A DNA stretch of 64,000 bases from an uncultured Alphaproteobacteria bacterium (GTDB lineage Bacteria; Pseudomonadota; Alphaproteobacteria; Rhizobiales; Xanthobacteraceae): assembly GCA_963738765.1 (NCBI GenBank), contig CAVTYA010000041.1:88099-152098 (forward strand), in the 5' to 3' direction. The notes under the pieces were generated by a model. That model was not told the DNA's origin, did no database searches, and was given only the letters and a program-made list of their open reading frames with translations. Position numbers and translations under genes: made by a program. Below are positions 38,225 to 49,765 of the stretch, piece by piece (positions within the stretch are counted from its first letter, which is position 1; every line of letters begins with the position of its first letter).

Positions 38225-39637
38225 CTAGCGGAACATGCCGCCGACCACGCCGCCGATGAAGGCGCCGGGGTTCGGTCCGCCGCCACCGCCGCGATAGTGA
38301 CGGCCGCCACCGCCACCTCCGCCACCGCTATGATGGCGGGCAGGGCGATCGTCGGAATCGTCGCTGGAACTGGCTGAGGTCGTGGCCGAGACGATCTCGG
38401 TCAGCAGGGCCTTGTGCTGCAGCTTGTTGAGGTAACCGCTCTTGGGATAGCCGCGGGCTGCCTGCCAGCGGTTGATCACGGCGCGGGTCTGCTCGTCGAA
38501 CTTGCCGGTGACTTTGGTGTCGAAACCGAGCCCGTTCAGCCGGCGCTGCACGTCGCGGCGTTGGCCCTTGTCGAGGCCGATCTGGTCCTCGGTGGTCTGG
38601 TTCGCTTCGTCGTTGAAGGTCGCAGGATCGACGCCGGTGGTCAGGTTACGCGTCGTGGTGCTCGGGCCGTTCTCCAGCGCTGCGAGCCGCGACAGCGCCA
38701 GCGGCTTGAACTGGCCGTTGGGATAGCTGCTCAGATAGGCGTTGAGCTCTTCCGGCTTGTTGGAATCCTTGATCGAGCGCCAGAACTCCAGTTCGACGTC
38801 CGAACCGGGAGCGGCCGCAACGGCAACCGGGGCCGGCGCTGCCGCCACGCCGGGAACAGCGGGGGCAGGCGCGCCGTTCAGATAGACCGAGCCGATCAGG
38901 TTGGTGTGGCCCCAGGGCAGCTGGCCCTTGTTGGTCTCTTCATTGACCTGGGCGCGGACCTTGGTCATCGCCTGCTGGATCTCGATGCCGGGCTGCGCGA
39001 TGTTGTCGATCAGCGCGCGCGTGAACGGGCTGTTATTGCCTTCCTGACCGTCGAGCGCCGTCTGGCCAGGGCCGGTTGCGAACGCGATCAGGGTACCTTC
39101 ACCGGATTTCATTTCGGCAAGGCCGGTCTGCACCGACACGCTGCGGGTGGCCGAGTTCGATTTGATCTTGGCGGCGAACGGATTGTCGCGGCAGGCGTCG
39201 AGGAACACCAGCTTGACCTTGGCGTCGCTCATGGTCTGGTCGAGCGTGAGATCGATATTGATCGCGGCGCCAAGCTTGACGTCCATCTCCGATTTGATGT
39301 CGGCATCGATCGGCAGCAGATAGTTGGTACCGCTGATGGCGATGCCATGGCCGGCGTAGAAGAACACGGCGACATCGGCGCCTTGCGCTTTCTTGCCGAA
39401 GTCGAGCAGCTTCTCCGTCATCTTGTCGCGGGTGAGGTTGGTGCCTTCGACGACGTCGAAGCCGACATTGCGCAGCACGGCCGCCATCGCCTTGGCGTCG
39501 ACCGGCGGGTTCGGAAGCTGGGCGACGTTCTTGTAGGCGCCATTGCCGACGACGAAGGCGACACGCTTCTCCGCGTTGGCGGCGCTTGCGGTAAACGCGA
39601 TGCAGATCACGGAAGCAATGAGGGTGAGGGTGCGCAT
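38225..39637 (-). CDS. secreted caspase-family (peptidase C14) protein with peptidoglycan-binding domain
   Basis: RVAFVVGNGAY, FFYAGHG, FLDACR; VQRRLNGLGF...WQAARG. Confidence 0.9.
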   Translation of the reverse strand: MRTLTLIASVICIAFTASAANAEKRVAFVVGNGAYKNVAQLPNPPVDAKAMAAVLRNVGFDVVEGTNLTRDKMTEKLLDFGKKAQGADVAVFFYAGHGIAISGTNYLLPIDADIKSEMDVKLGAAINIDLTLDQTMSDAKVKLVFLDACRDNPFAAKIKSNSATRSVSVQTGLAEMKSGEGTLIAFATGPGQTALDGQEGNNSPFTRALIDNIAQPGIEIQQAMTKVRAQVNEETNKGQLPWGHTNLIGSVYLNGAPAPAVPGVAAAPAPVAVAAAPGSDVELEFWRSIKDSNKPEELNAYLSSYPNGQFKPLALSRLAALENGPSTTTRNLTTGVDPATFNDEANQTTEDQIGLDKGQRRDVQRRLNGLGFDTKVTGKFDEQTRAVINRWQAARGYPKSGYLNKLQHKALLTEIVSATTSASSSDDSDDRPARHHSGGGGGGGGRHYRGGGGGPNPGAFIGGVVGGMFR

Positions 39638-39840
39638 CTGAAATCCCCTGGCAGAATCGAAAAAAGGCTTTGGCTGCAACTTTGAGCGCAGGCTACACGA
39701 AAAAACCACACTTCGCGCCCCAAAAAGCAGAACTTGCCCAGAATTTGAAAACACGGATTCAGCGCCTCCGACGGTAGTCGTTGGTGGCGCCGGTTGGCGT
39801 GATCTGGATCACAATCCCTCGCGACAATCGCCGCCAGAAG

Positions 39841-40718
39841 TCAGGCACTGGCCCGCGCCGGAACCCGGCTGTTCGGTTTCAGGTTCAACAGATTGCCGGT
39901 CAGGATCAGCGCGGCGCCAAGCACCGTGAACATGTCCAGGCGTTCCGAATAAATCAGCCAGCCCGCCGTGGCGGTCAAGGGAACCCGCAGGAAATCCATC
40001 GGGATCACCACCGTCGCGTCGGCATGCAGCATCGCCCGCGCCATGCAGTAGTGGGAGAAGGTGCCGCAAAACGCGATCACGACCACCCAGCCCCAAATGT
40101 AGGTTGGCGGCCATTTCCAGACATAGAGCGCGGGAAGAATCCCGCCGCCGACTGCACCACAAGCATCCAGAAAATGATCGCCAGCGTCTGTTCGGTCCGG
40201 GTCAGCGATTTGACCATCGCAATCGAGATGCCGAACCCGACCGCGGCAGCCAGCGCGATCAACTGGCCCGGGTTGATCTCGCCGGTAGCCGGGCGCACGA
40301 TGATGATGACGCCGACGATCCCAAGCGCGATCGCCGCGATCTTCCAGCTCGTCATGCGTTCGCCGAGAAAGGCCGCGGCCAGGATCGCGGTCCAGATCGG
40401 CATGGTGAATTCGATCGCCACCACCTGACCGATCGGGATCAGCGTCAGCGCGAAAAACCAGCCGAGCTGCGCACCGTAATGGATCAGGTTGCGCGCGATA
40501 TGGACGTGCACCCGCGCGGTCTTCACCACGGAAAACCCGCCGTTGATGCGGATCAGGGGATACAGCATGCAGAGGCCGAGGATCGAGCGCACCTCCATCA
40601 GCTGAAACACGTTGAGTTCGCGCATGCCCTCGCGGCCGGCGATCGCCACGATCAGCATCAAGGCAAGCCAGCCCGCCATCCACAGTGCGGCCATCGATTT
40701 GGATTGTGTGCGGTCCAT
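39841..40718 (-). CDS. DMT/EamA family transporter (frameshifted)
   Basis: multiple TM segments, FTMPIW..FLGER, PMDFLRVP. Confidence 0.85.
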
Positions 40719-40938
40719 CGGCGGTGAGAAATCTGGTTAACGCGGGGAGGCCGGTATCTGCGAGTTGAGCCCGATTTGCAACGCGCAAATCTGCTGACGC
40801 AGTGATGCGATAGCGTTTTCGAGCGAAGTGGATTCCGGTTCGCGTCAAGAAAACGCGTCCAAACAGAAGACTCTCGTTGCAATTTCGCGGTGGGATTGGC
40901 CGTTCGATTGGTGCTAAGCAACGGTTGATTTTACTGGC

Positions 40939-41019
40939 TCATTCCGGGGCGACGCGAAGCGTCGAACCCGGAATCTCGAGCTTCCGGGTCTGGTGCCTGC
41001 GCACCATCCCGGAATGACA
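40939..41019. repeat. REP-like palindromic repeat
   Basis: TCATTCCGGGGCGACGCGAAGCGTCGAACCCGGAATCTCGAG...CCCGGAATGAC. Confidence 0.7.
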
Positions 41020-41042
41020 ACAAGAACCGGGAGGACTTGCTC

Positions 41043-41441
41043 ATGCGTATCCTGCAACCGGCCGAATGGTCGAAACCCCGCGGCTTTTCGCACGGCGTCG
41101 AGGTCGACGGTCCCGGCAAATGGATCGTGCTCGCGGGCCAGACCGGCGGCGACGAGAAGGGCGACTATCAGCCCGACATGGCGGCCCAGGTCGCCTCCGC
41201 GCTGAAGCGGATCATCAAGCTGCTCGGCGAGGCCGGCGCAGGGCCCGAGCATATCGTCCGCCTGACCTGGTATTTGACCAGCCGCAGCGAATATGAAGCG
41301 GCGGGCGCTGGTATTGGCGCGGCCTGGAAGGAGACGCTCGGGCGCAATTTCCCGCCGTCGACGCTGCTTTACATTGACGGGCTCGTCGACGTCAGGGCCA
41401 AGGTCGAAATCGAAGTCACCGCCTACGTACCCAAAGCATAG
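41043..41441 (+). CDS. RidA/YjgF family protein
   Basis: KPRGFSHG, LAGQ, KVEIEVTA. Confidence 0.9.
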   Translation: MRILQPAEWSKPRGFSHGVEVDGPGKWIVLAGQTGGDEKGDYQPDMAAQVASALKRIIKLLGEAGAGPEHIVRLTWYLTSRSEYEAAGAGIGAAWKETLGRNFPPSTLLYIDGLVDVRAKVEIEVTAYVPKA

Positions 41442-41453
41442 AGAGTTTGATCA

Positions 41454-41654
41454 ATGACCAATCGATCCCTGTCCGCGGATTTTGTCACGGCCTTCGCCAC
41501 CGGCTGGCCCGAGGACCAGCCCGAGATCATGGTGCTTTCGCTGACCACGCACAACGGCGTGCAGGATTTTGCGTTCAACAAGGAGCAGGCGCTCTTGATC
41601 GCAAAAACCATCAAGGAAACGGCGGCGAAGCTGGCGAAACCCAGAACGAGCTAG
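41454..41654 (+). CDS. small hypothetical protein
   Basis: 66-aa ORF with coding-like codon usage directly after the RidA gene. Confidence 0.6.
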   Translation: MTNRSLSADFVTAFATGWPEDQPEIMVLSLTTHNGVQDFAFNKEQALLIAKTIKETAAKLAKPRTS

Positions 41655-41739
41655 CAGGACGAGCGACTGGCAACGGAATCCGCGTCTGTCGCCGGCCACC
41701 GGACCGGCGCAACGCGCTGCCCGGGCAGGACAACCGCGC

Positions 41740-42230
41740 TTATTTCGAAAGCGCCATATGGACGGATCTGAACACGCTGTCGGCACTCATATCGACCGTC
41801 TGCTTGTTGCCTGCCGTTCGCAACGAGATCCTGGAATTGAAGCCAGCCGTGCTGGCCACGACCTGGAAATTTCCGCCGCCGCCACGCCCCTGCAGGCTGC
41901 CGCCGATATTGCGGCTGCTTTCCGTCCAATTGCCGGAGACCGCGCCGCCCTCGGCGACCACGCTAGCCGCGAGGTTAAACTTGTAGGCGTCGCTGGCGCA
42001 GGTGAGGCTCATATCCATGGTCGGCCCGGAGACTCGATAGGTCGCGCGGCAACGGATGCGCTCGCTCGAACCATCATCCAGCGTGACGGTGCCGCCGCCC
42101 GACCAGTTGCCGGCCAGGCCCGCGAACGGGCCGGACTGGGCGTGGCTGGAGGAGGCCGCGAAGGCCGTCATGAAAAACGCGACGGCTGCAAATGTCAGCC
42201 GCCGCGCACGGGCGAAGAGTTCCGATGTTC
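41740..42230 (-). CDS. secreted beta-rich hypothetical protein (start uncertain)
   Basis: AQSGPFAGLAGNWSGGG..SERIRCRATY..CASD. Confidence 0.7.
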
Positions 42231-42238
42231 GGCCAGTC

Positions 42239-42599
42239 TTACTGGCGGGACGCTTCCCACCGGCCGCTACACGGTACACCAGCTGATGCCCCATTCCACT
42301 TCCCCGATCCGGAGTTGCCACTGAGTTGACCGTTCGCATATGCACCATTGATCGAGACTTCGCACAAGTCCCCCGCTGCCGACACTGCCGGACACCGGGG
42401 CGCCAGCAGCCGAAACCTTGCCGTCGGTAACGGTCAGGGTTGAACTGGTCTGCGCATCGCAGCTGCCGGTCTTTGTGACGACGGTGACTTGCCAAAGCCC
42501 GTCATAAGGCGTCTGGGCCGATGCGGGCGCCGCTGCAAGCGTGGCGGCGGAGGCGAGAAACGAAGCAAAAAACAGCCTGCTGATGCGATTGTGGCGCAT
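42239..42599 (-). CDS. secreted hypothetical protein (frameshifted)
   Basis: signal peptide, YDGLWQVTVVTKTGSC...CSGRWEASRQ. Confidence 0.7.
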
Positions 42600-42794
42600 G
42601 GATCAATTCCTTGAGAAATGTGTGTGATGACGCACCTTATCCGGGGACATTGTGTTCAAACTTTGGTGCGGCGCAGCAACACAGAAAGTTCCAGTGGACT
42701 CAAACACATCAAGGTGAATTCGGTTCCGGCACTGGAACGAAAAACTGCTCCCGGCCATGGATTCGCGCAAGTCCGGCAAATCGGCGTCCAGCGG

Positions 42795-43394
42795 CTAGTG
42801 TTTGCCGTCGCCCAGGCTTGGGGCATTGGTCGCAAACTGCTCGTCCTGCGGCCTGGCCGGCAGGCTTTTGTGGGTTTTGGCGTAGTCGATGACATCGCCG
42901 AGCAGTTTTTGGCCAAGCGGGGCCAGCGCACGCTCCCACAGCTCCCGCGCGGTCTCGCCTTTCTTGACGAATACCCACTCCTGCGCGGCGATCGCGCCGG
43001 CATCCATCCGGTCGGCGAGGTGATAGACGCTGCCGCCGGCGATCGGATCGCCTTCCTTGATGGTCCATTCGATCGCCGCAATGCCGCGATGGCGCGGCAG
43101 CAGGGACGGGTGATAGCCGATGCCGCCGAGCGTGGCGGCGGCCAGAGCTTCCCGGGTGACACGGGCATGGCTATGCGCGGTCACGATCAGGTCGGTACCC
43201 GGAGCGATCTCCGCGGCTGCAACGAATTTTGGGTCGGCCTGGACGACGACCTCGATCCCGGCGGCTTTGGCTGACGCCGCCAGCCGGTCTTCCCCGTCGT
43301 GAACGACAACCCTGACGATGTCGACGCCGCGTTGCCGCAGCGTGTTCAGTGTCGTCACGCCGAAATGGCGGGAGCCGACGAGGGTAATCCGCAT
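42795..43394 (-). CDS. formyltransferase family protein (Fmt N-domain only)
   Basis: YHPSLLPRHRG, MDAGAI. Confidence 0.88.
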   Translation of the reverse strand: MRITLVGSRHFGVTTLNTLRQRGVDIVRVVVHDGEDRLAASAKAAGIEVVVQADPKFVAAAEIAPGTDLIVTAHSHARVTREALAAATLGGIGYHPSLLPRHRGIAAIEWTIKEGDPIAGGSVYHLADRMDAGAIAAQEWVFVKKGETARELWERALAPLGQKLLGDVIDYAKTHKSLPARPQDEQFATNAPSLGDGKH

Positions 43395-43788
43395 GTTGTG
43401 CTGTCCGTTATGATCGAAACTTCGTGCCCGTCGATAACACGTCGCCTGTATCTGTCACGCCGCCGGCCTGCGGCGTGGCGGGTTATCAACAGGGCGCACC
43501 GGGGTCTGAATGCGCCGGCCGGCAAAGGGCAGCCGGAATTTTGTGGGGGCAATCAGTCGGCAGTGCCGGTTGGCCATGAAGATATGCGGAAGCCGTAGGC
43601 ATTTTTGACTATGGCAAAACTGTGTTGCTACCCTTGATTGCTTCAACACATCGTGCTCGGTTGGCGTGGGGATGGATAGAGGAAATAGGCGATCGCGAAA
43701 ACGCGTAAAACCAACGCAAGCCAAGCTGGCGCGCCGCCCTGGCCGCCAGCTTGTTTTTTGTGGATCTCCTTGACCCGGCGGACGCCGG

Positions 43789-44427
43789 CTAATTCTTGCC
43801 GATGCAACTCGGATATGGCGCACGTTCGCCGGCCACGATCTCGCAGAGCTTGATCGGCTGCAGCCGGCGTAACCGCTCCAGCCATTTGGCGTCGTCGATC
43901 GCGGGCATCGCGGTCGACGACGTGCGTTCGGCCCATTGCAGCGTGTAGTAATCGGTGCTGCCTTTCACGGCGATGACCAGTGCGGTTTCGCCGTGCTTGT
44001 CCGGGGCCGGTTCGACCCGGCCGCAGCCGGCCACCGCGACAAAGGCATCGTGCGCGCCGAACTTGGCCGGCCCCAATGACTTGGCGGCGAAACTGCCGGG
44101 GCAGGCGGACTTGAACCCGCCGACGATCGATCCGGCAAACGCCTCGGGCGAAATTTTTGGATTGCTGACGAGCCCCCTGGCGCCGGTCACCGTGATCATC
44201 TCGGTCCAGCGTTCGGCCGTCTCGCCCTTCGGCACGGCCTCGCGGATATAGCTCGGCCCGTTGGTGTTCTCGCCGATTGCTGCGAAATTGCGCGGCATCG
44301 AGAACGTCACGAGCTGGCCGAAGATCGGCGAGATCACCGTGAAGCCCGTAGGCGCAGGGCCTTCGGCGCCGGCGCCTGCGGCGATCAATGTGCTCAACGC
44401 GGCGAGGAGGAGGGCAGTTCGCGTCAT
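43789..44427 (-). CDS. secreted hypothetical protein
   Basis: signal peptide, EAVPKGETAERWTEMITV. Confidence 0.7.
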   Translation of the reverse strand: MTRTALLLAALSTLIAAGAGAEGPAPTGFTVISPIFGQLVTFSMPRNFAAIGENTNGPSYIREAVPKGETAERWTEMITVTGARGLVSNPKISPEAFAGSIVGGFKSACPGSFAAKSLGPAKFGAHDAFVAVAGCGRVEPAPDKHGETALVIAVKGSTDYYTLQWAERTSSTAMPAIDDAKWLERLRRLQPIKLCEIVAGERAPYPSCIGKN

Positions 44428-44602
44428 CGTGGAAACCTCGGGCGCTGCTTGCAAGTTGCATAGCGTAGGCATCCGCGCATGGCCGCAATATGAAGCGCGT
44501 CGCCCGATGCCTGTTTAGGAGCCCGCTCCACGTTCCCGCTTGACTAACGCATATCTCGGTGGTTATACGTCAATCAATAGCCAACGGGTTATGGATATCA
44601 GA

Positions 44603-44929
44603 ATGCCGAACGCTCACGATGTGCTCTTCAGAACGCTCGCCGATCCGACCCGGCGGGCGCATCTTCGAGCGGCTGTGCCGCGACGGAGAGACAGACGGTG
44701 GGGGCCCTGACGGCCCAGGCCGGGGTCTCGCAACCGGCCGTCTCAAAGCATCTCGGCGTTCTGCAGGCAGGCCGGGCTGGTGCGCGACCGCCACGAAGGC
44801 CGCCAGACCCATTATAGCGCGCAGCTCGGCGCGCTTGCCCCGCTGATCGACTGGACGAGCCAGATGACCGGCTTCTGGCAAAGCCGGTTCGACGATCTCG
44901 AAGACTTGCTGAAGAGGATGGACCAATGA
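44603..44929 (+). CDS. ArsR/SmtB family regulator (frameshifted)
   Basis: FRTLADPTRR, VSQPAVSKHL, RFDDLEDLL across frames. Confidence 0.85.
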
Positions 44930-45336
44930 ACAACACTGCGACCGAAACGCGCTCCGTCGTTGTCGAACGCGAAATGCCGTTTCCGCCGGAAAAGATCTGG
45001 CGCGCGCTCACGCAGCCGCACCTGATCGAGGAGTGGCTGATGAAGAACGACTTCAAGCCGGTCGTGGACCACCGCTTCAAGCTTCGCGGCGACTGGGGCG
45101 CTGTCGACTGTCAGGTCCTGGCCGTCGAGCCGAACAAGACGCTGTCCTACACGTGGGCGGCCATGGGTCTCGAGAGCGTCGTCACCTGGACGCTCACCCC
45201 GACGGGCACGGGGACGCACCTGCGCATGGAGCAGTCGGGCTTCCGGCCGGATCAGCAGCAGGCCTACCAGGGCGCCAAGTTCGGATGGCAGAAATTCTTC
45301 GCGAACCTGGAGCAGATGCTGGCGCGGGCAGATTGA
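44926..45336 (+). CDS. SRPBCC/AHSA1 domain protein
   Basis: PEKIWRALT, VEPNKTLSYTW, GTHLRMEQSGF, GW. Confidence 0.9.
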   Translation: MNNTATETRSVVVEREMPFPPEKIWRALTQPHLIEEWLMKNDFKPVVDHRFKLRGDWGAVDCQVLAVEPNKTLSYTWAAMGLESVVTWTLTPTGTGTHLRMEQSGFRPDQQQAYQGAKFGWQKFFANLEQMLARAD

Positions 45337-45393
45337 ACTCTGCCGCACCATTCGCTCGATCCGCTTCGGCAACATCATCAAAAGGAGGTCCCA

Positions 45394-45609
45394 TTGAATA
45401 TCAGCCGATGGATTCGACAGATCCACCGCTGGCTATCCGTTGTCTTTACCGCGACGGTCATTGCCAATTTCGTGACCCGGGGATTCGGAGAACCACCACT
45501 CTGGGTGACCTACTCGCCGCTGCTCCCGCTGTTCCTGCTCCTGTTCAGCGGTCTGTACATGTTCGTGCTGCCCTATACGGATGGGCGACGCGCTGGCGCC
45601 CGGGAGTAA
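45394..45609 (+). CDS. small membrane protein
   Basis: RQIHRWLS..FT, SGLYMFVLPY; GGAGG RBS. Confidence 0.75.
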   Translation: MNISRWIRQIHRWLSVVFTATVIANFVTRGFGEPPLWVTYSPLLPLFLLLFSGLYMFVLPYTDGRRAGARE

Positions 45610-45614
45610 ACGTC

Positions 45615-46062
45615 ATGAGCAAGGGCGATTCCCCAAAGGAAGTGTCTCCATCTGACAATATCGACCAGCTGATCGCAAAGCTCGGGGATTGGCGTGGCAA
45701 AACGCTGGCCAGCATCCGCAAGAGCATCCTCGAGGCCGATCGGGAGATCATTGAGGAATGGAAGTGGATGGGAAGCCCGGTGTGGTCTCGCGACGGAATC
45801 ATCGCGGTCGGCAACGCCCACAAGGACAAGGTGAAGCTGACCTTCTCCCACGGTGCGAGCCTCCCCGATCCTGACAAGCTCTTCAACGCGGGCTTCGGCG
45901 GCAAGGTGTGGCGGGCGATCGATGTTCTTCGAGGGCGACAAGATCGATGCGCGGGCCCTGAAAAACCTCATCCGTGCCGCGATTGAATACAATCAGATCA
46001 AACGGAAGAAGAAGGCGGCTGCGGGTAAGCGGGCGAAAGTGTCAAAAAGCAAAAAGGCATGA
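45615..46062 (+). CDS. DUF1801 domain protein (frameshifted)
   Basis: DWRGKTL, EEWKWMGSPVW, KLTFSHGASLPDP. Confidence 0.85.
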
Positions 46063-46123
46063 ATTGTCGGCCATCGCCCGGGCACGGTCTCCGGTAGATC
46101 GCGTGACGGCCTGATCGCCCGCT

Positions 46124-46366
46124 TCAGGCCAGAATGCGAAGCTCGGGTTTGCTGAAGGTGCGGGCGGAATGGTTTGTCGGTGGAGGCCGGTACTCGGCGG
46201 CCCTTTGCAGACAGGATCGCAGGTCGGCGCTGCACTGCTTCATCTGGTTGCGCAATTCGCGGCGCGTAAAGGCGGTGAGGGAGGGATCCCCCAGTTGCCG
46301 CCAGGCGGCCCGCAGCCGTTGCTGCAGCGCCTGTATTTCCTGATCGAAGATTTCTGGCACTGTCAT
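46124..46366 (-). CDS. hypothetical protein
   Basis: 80-aa coiled-coil-like ORF ending KPELRILA. Confidence 0.55.
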   Translation of the reverse strand: MTVPEIFDQEIQALQQRLRAAWRQLGDPSLTAFTRRELRNQMKQCSADLRSCLQRAAEYRPPPTNHSARTFSKPELRILA

Positions 46367-46566
46367 CGGCCGGAATCTCAATGCGTGATCGCAGCGGGAT
46401 TAATGCTGATTTGCGATTAAATGCCTATCCCCGGAAGATTGCGGGGCGGCAGGTGTGCGATGGTGCGTCCGGGAATCCCGGGTCGACGCTGCGCTGGATG
46501 GATTTTCGCCAAAAAGTTCGCGTAGCCTGAGCGCGCCGGCGGCTCGAACGTGGGAGGGGCAGTGCA

Positions 46567-46824
46567 TTGTCAAAAAAGGGCATTACAGGCCACGACGAAT
46601 GGGTGGTCACGGAAGCTTTGGCGACGGCTCTGGTCGCGCTGGAACAGCTTCCACCGAAGCACCAGCCGCGTCCCCATATGGACGATCTCAGGAAGCTCCT
46701 GGCGGCCGGCTGCCAGCCGGGAGCGATGACCCTGCATCTGGCGCAGGCCAAGTGCAGGCTGTTTCCCGACACGGACCCGCTGACGATCTATCGCGAATAC
46801 GGCCTCGAGGACGGTCAGGGCTGA
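46567..46824 (+). CDS. hypothetical protein
   Basis: 85-aa ORF, GGAGG RBS, TTG start. Confidence 0.6.
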   Translation: MSKKGITGHDEWVVTEALATALVALEQLPPKHQPRPHMDDLRKLLAAGCQPGAMTLHLAQAKCRLFPDTDPLTIYREYGLEDGQG

Positions 46825-46881
46825 AGGCGGCCGCAGGACCATCCCGGATCCAGTCCGGCGCAGGCCTGCCGCGAAAACGCG

Positions 46882-48942
46882 CTAGCGCCACATGCCGCGC
46901 ATGCGGGCGCCGATATCGATGCGCGGTCCCTGGTTGGCCGCATGCGCCGAAGCTGCGGAAGCCTGCGGCCAAGTGGTCCGTTCGAACAGCGGCAGCAGGG
47001 CTTGCGGAATGAAGCGGGTCCGCGAGGCGTAGACGTGGCGGTCGCCGAGCGCATTCTGGCCGTGGGTGAAGAAGCGCTGCGGCACGATGAGATGCAGATC
47101 GTCCTTGGCGCGGGTCATGGCGACATAGAGCAGCCGCCGCTCCTCCTCGAGTCTCCGCCGCGTGCCGGCGCCGAGATCGGACGGCATGCAGCCGTCGACG
47201 ACGTTCAGCACGAACACCGACTTCCACTCCTGGCCCTTGGCCGAATGGATCGTCGACAGGATCAGATAGTCCTCGTCGAGCAGCGGCACGCCGGCCTGGT
47301 CGCTGGTGGCGTCCGGCGGATCGAGCGTCAGCTCGGTCAGGAAGCGCTCGCGCGAGGGATAGCCGGCGGCGATCTGTTCGAGCTGCAGCAGGTCGGCGCG
47401 GCGGATCTCGGCGTCTTCGTGGATGCGATCGAGATGCGGCTCGTACCAGAGCCGGCGCGTTCGAGATCGGCGGGCCAGTCCGCCATGGCGCAGATTGCCG
47501 ACCGCCTCGGCGAAGCCGGCCCAGTCCGCACCCGCGCGGGGCGGCGATGGCAGGCCGCACAGCGCTGAAAGCGGATCGGCGGACTCGACTGATGCGGTCG
47601 AGCACGCGCTGCGCCGACGCCGGCCCGACGCCCGGCAACAGCTGCAGGATGCGGAAGCCGGCGACGCGGTCGCGCGGATTCTCGACGAAGCGCAGCAGCG
47701 CCAGCATGTCCTTGACGTGGGCGGCGTCGAGAAATTTCAGCCCGCCGAATTTCACGAACGGAATGTTGCGGCGGGTCAGCTCGATTTCGAGCGGACCGCT
47801 GTGGTGGGAGGTGCGGAACAGCACCGCCTGCTGCTTCAAGAGTGCGCCTTGCTCGCGATTTTCCAGCACGCGTTCGACGATGTAGCGCGCCTGGTCGGCC
47901 TCGTCGCGCACCGCGACCAGTTGCGGCTTTCGCGTCGAGGCGCGCTCGGTCCAGAGGTTCTTGGTGAAGCGCTCCTCGGCGAGCCCGATGACGCCGTTGG
48001 CGGCGGCGAGGATCGGCTGCGTCGAGCGGTAGTTGCGGTCGAGCGTGACGATCTTCGCCGGCGGGCTGAACTGGGCCGGGAAATCCAGAATGTTGCGCAC
48101 GGTCGCGGCGCGAAACGAATAGATCGACTGCGCGTCGTCGCCGACGACGGTCAGTCCGCGTCCGTCGGGTTTCAGCGCCAGCAGGATCGAGGACTGCAGG
48201 CGGTTGGTGTCCTGATATTCGTCGACCAGCACATGGTCGAAGCGGCCGCCGATCTCGTCGGCGAGCGCGGGCTCCGCCATGGTCTGCGCCCAGTAGAGCA
48301 GCAGGTCGTCGTAGTCGAGCACGTTCTGCTTCTGCTTGGCCTCGACATAGCCGGCGAATAATTGCTTCAGCTCGGCTGCCCAGCCGGCGCACCACGGAAA
48401 GAACTGCCCAGTATCTGCTCGAGCGGCGATTTCCGCGTTGACGCAGCGCGAATAGATCGCAAGGCAGGTGCCCTTGGTGGGAAAGCGGCTTCTCCGTCTT
48501 CGACAGCCGAGCTCGTGCCGGACCAGGTTCATCAGGTCGGCGGAATCCTCGCGGTCGTGGATCGTGAACGCCGGATCGAGACCGATCCGCTCGGCATATT
48601 CGCGCAGCAGCCGCGCGCCGATGCCGTGAAACGTGCCGGCCCAGTTCAGCGCGTCGGACATGACCCCGGCATTGGCGCCGAGCGCCTTGCGGGCGATGCG
48701 CTCGACGCGCGCGTGGCCATCTCGGCGGCCGCCCGGCGCGAGAAGGTCATCAGCAGGATGCGCCGCGGATCGGCGCCATGGACGATCAGATGCGCGACGC
48801 GGTGGGCGAGGGTGTTGGTCTTGCCGGATCCGGCGCCGGCGATGACCAGAAGCGGCGGGCCGCCCGAGCCATCCATCCCCACGCCATGCTCGACCGCGCA
48901 ACGTTGTTCGGGATTGAGGCTGGCAAGATAGGTTGCAGGCAC
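46882..48942 (-). CDS. UvrD/Rep-family SF1 DNA helicase (multiple frameshifts)
   Basis: IAGAGSGKT, GTFH, VDEYQDTN, VGDDAQSIYSFR, NYRS, STIHSAKGQEW, EERRLLYVAMTRA. Confidence 0.92.
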
Positions 48943-49109
48943 CGTCGAATCATTCCTCGCATGAGCGGACCAAACTCGCCGTTTCCCGTTTTGTTCGCAA
49001 GTGCCGGGACAGCGTTGGAAATCGCTCCGCGCGTTGACGCCGCTGCGGGAACAATCGGTCGGCGCAGGAATTGGGAGGATGGCAAAGCGGCAGACACGGG
49101 GGCAAATGA

Positions 49110-49379
49110 ATGGATGGCGGCGAGGCTCAGGTTGATTTCGCGGCGCCAGCGGTTCTTCGCAAATGGCCTTCACTGAACAGCCAGCGGCGCACCGAAGGCA
49201 CCAGCCCGTATTTGTTGATCGAAGGCACGCTCGAAGCGTGCATCGAGGAACTGATGGCCAAGCCGGCGGTTCAGCGGCACCTGTATGAAATCCACACGCC
49301 CGCCCAGCCACCGCTGGTGACGCCTGTCCTGTCCGGCGAACACGTCGTCGAACTCGCTCGGCTGCGGGACTTTCTTTGA
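49110..49379 (+). CDS. hypothetical protein
   Basis: 89-aa ORF with coding-like composition (PAVLRKWPSL...HLYEIHT). Confidence 0.65.
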   Translation: MDGGEAQVDFAAPAVLRKWPSLNSQRRTEGTSPYLLIEGTLEACIEELMAKPAVQRHLYEIHTPAQPPLVTPVLSGEHVVELARLRDFL

Positions 49380-49584
49380 GCTTCCGGAAACGAACCGCGG
49401 CGCCTGATAATCAATGATATCGGCGCCTTGGACGATGTTCGTAATAGTCATCCTGGTCATATTGGGGACCGCGATAGATCCGGCCCTGCTGAAGTTGCGG
49501 TGACACCGTACCGTTGGGGACTGAAGGCCCCGCGATTGGGTTGTTCCCCCGGCTCGGGACACTATTCCTAGCGGCTTGCGGTTT

Positions 49585-49599
49585 GTTCTCTTTTCGTTC
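49585..49599 (+). promoter_or_regulatory. LexA box
   Basis: GTTC-tcttttc-GTTC, 28 bp upstream of ATG 49628. Confidence 0.75.
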
Positions 49600-49627
49600 A
49601 TGTTGGGTGAGGTCCTGAGGGAACGCC

Positions 49628-49765
49628 ATGTACGCCGAAAAAGAGCAGGAAATCATTCGCTTGTGGAACCAGCTCCGCCTTCTCGAACGGCAAGGCCGCC
49701 CGGCGACGGCCGTTCGCCGGCAGATCGAACGAGCTCTAGCTGAGCGGGAACTTCATGCAGCTTGA
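49628..49765 (+). CDS. 45-aa helical microprotein
   Basis: MYAEKEQEIIRLWNQLRLLERQGRPATAVRRQIERALAERELHAA; GAGG RBS; overlaps next ORF. Confidence 0.65.
   Translation: MYAEKEQEIIRLWNQLRLLERQGRPATAVRRQIERALAERELHAA

Noticed and set aside
38225-39637. caspase as part of an anti-phage/abortive-infection system
   Set aside because: It has a signal peptide and PG-binding domain, with no NLR, TIR, gasdermin or cyclase neighbours; looks like the common periplasmic rhizobial family
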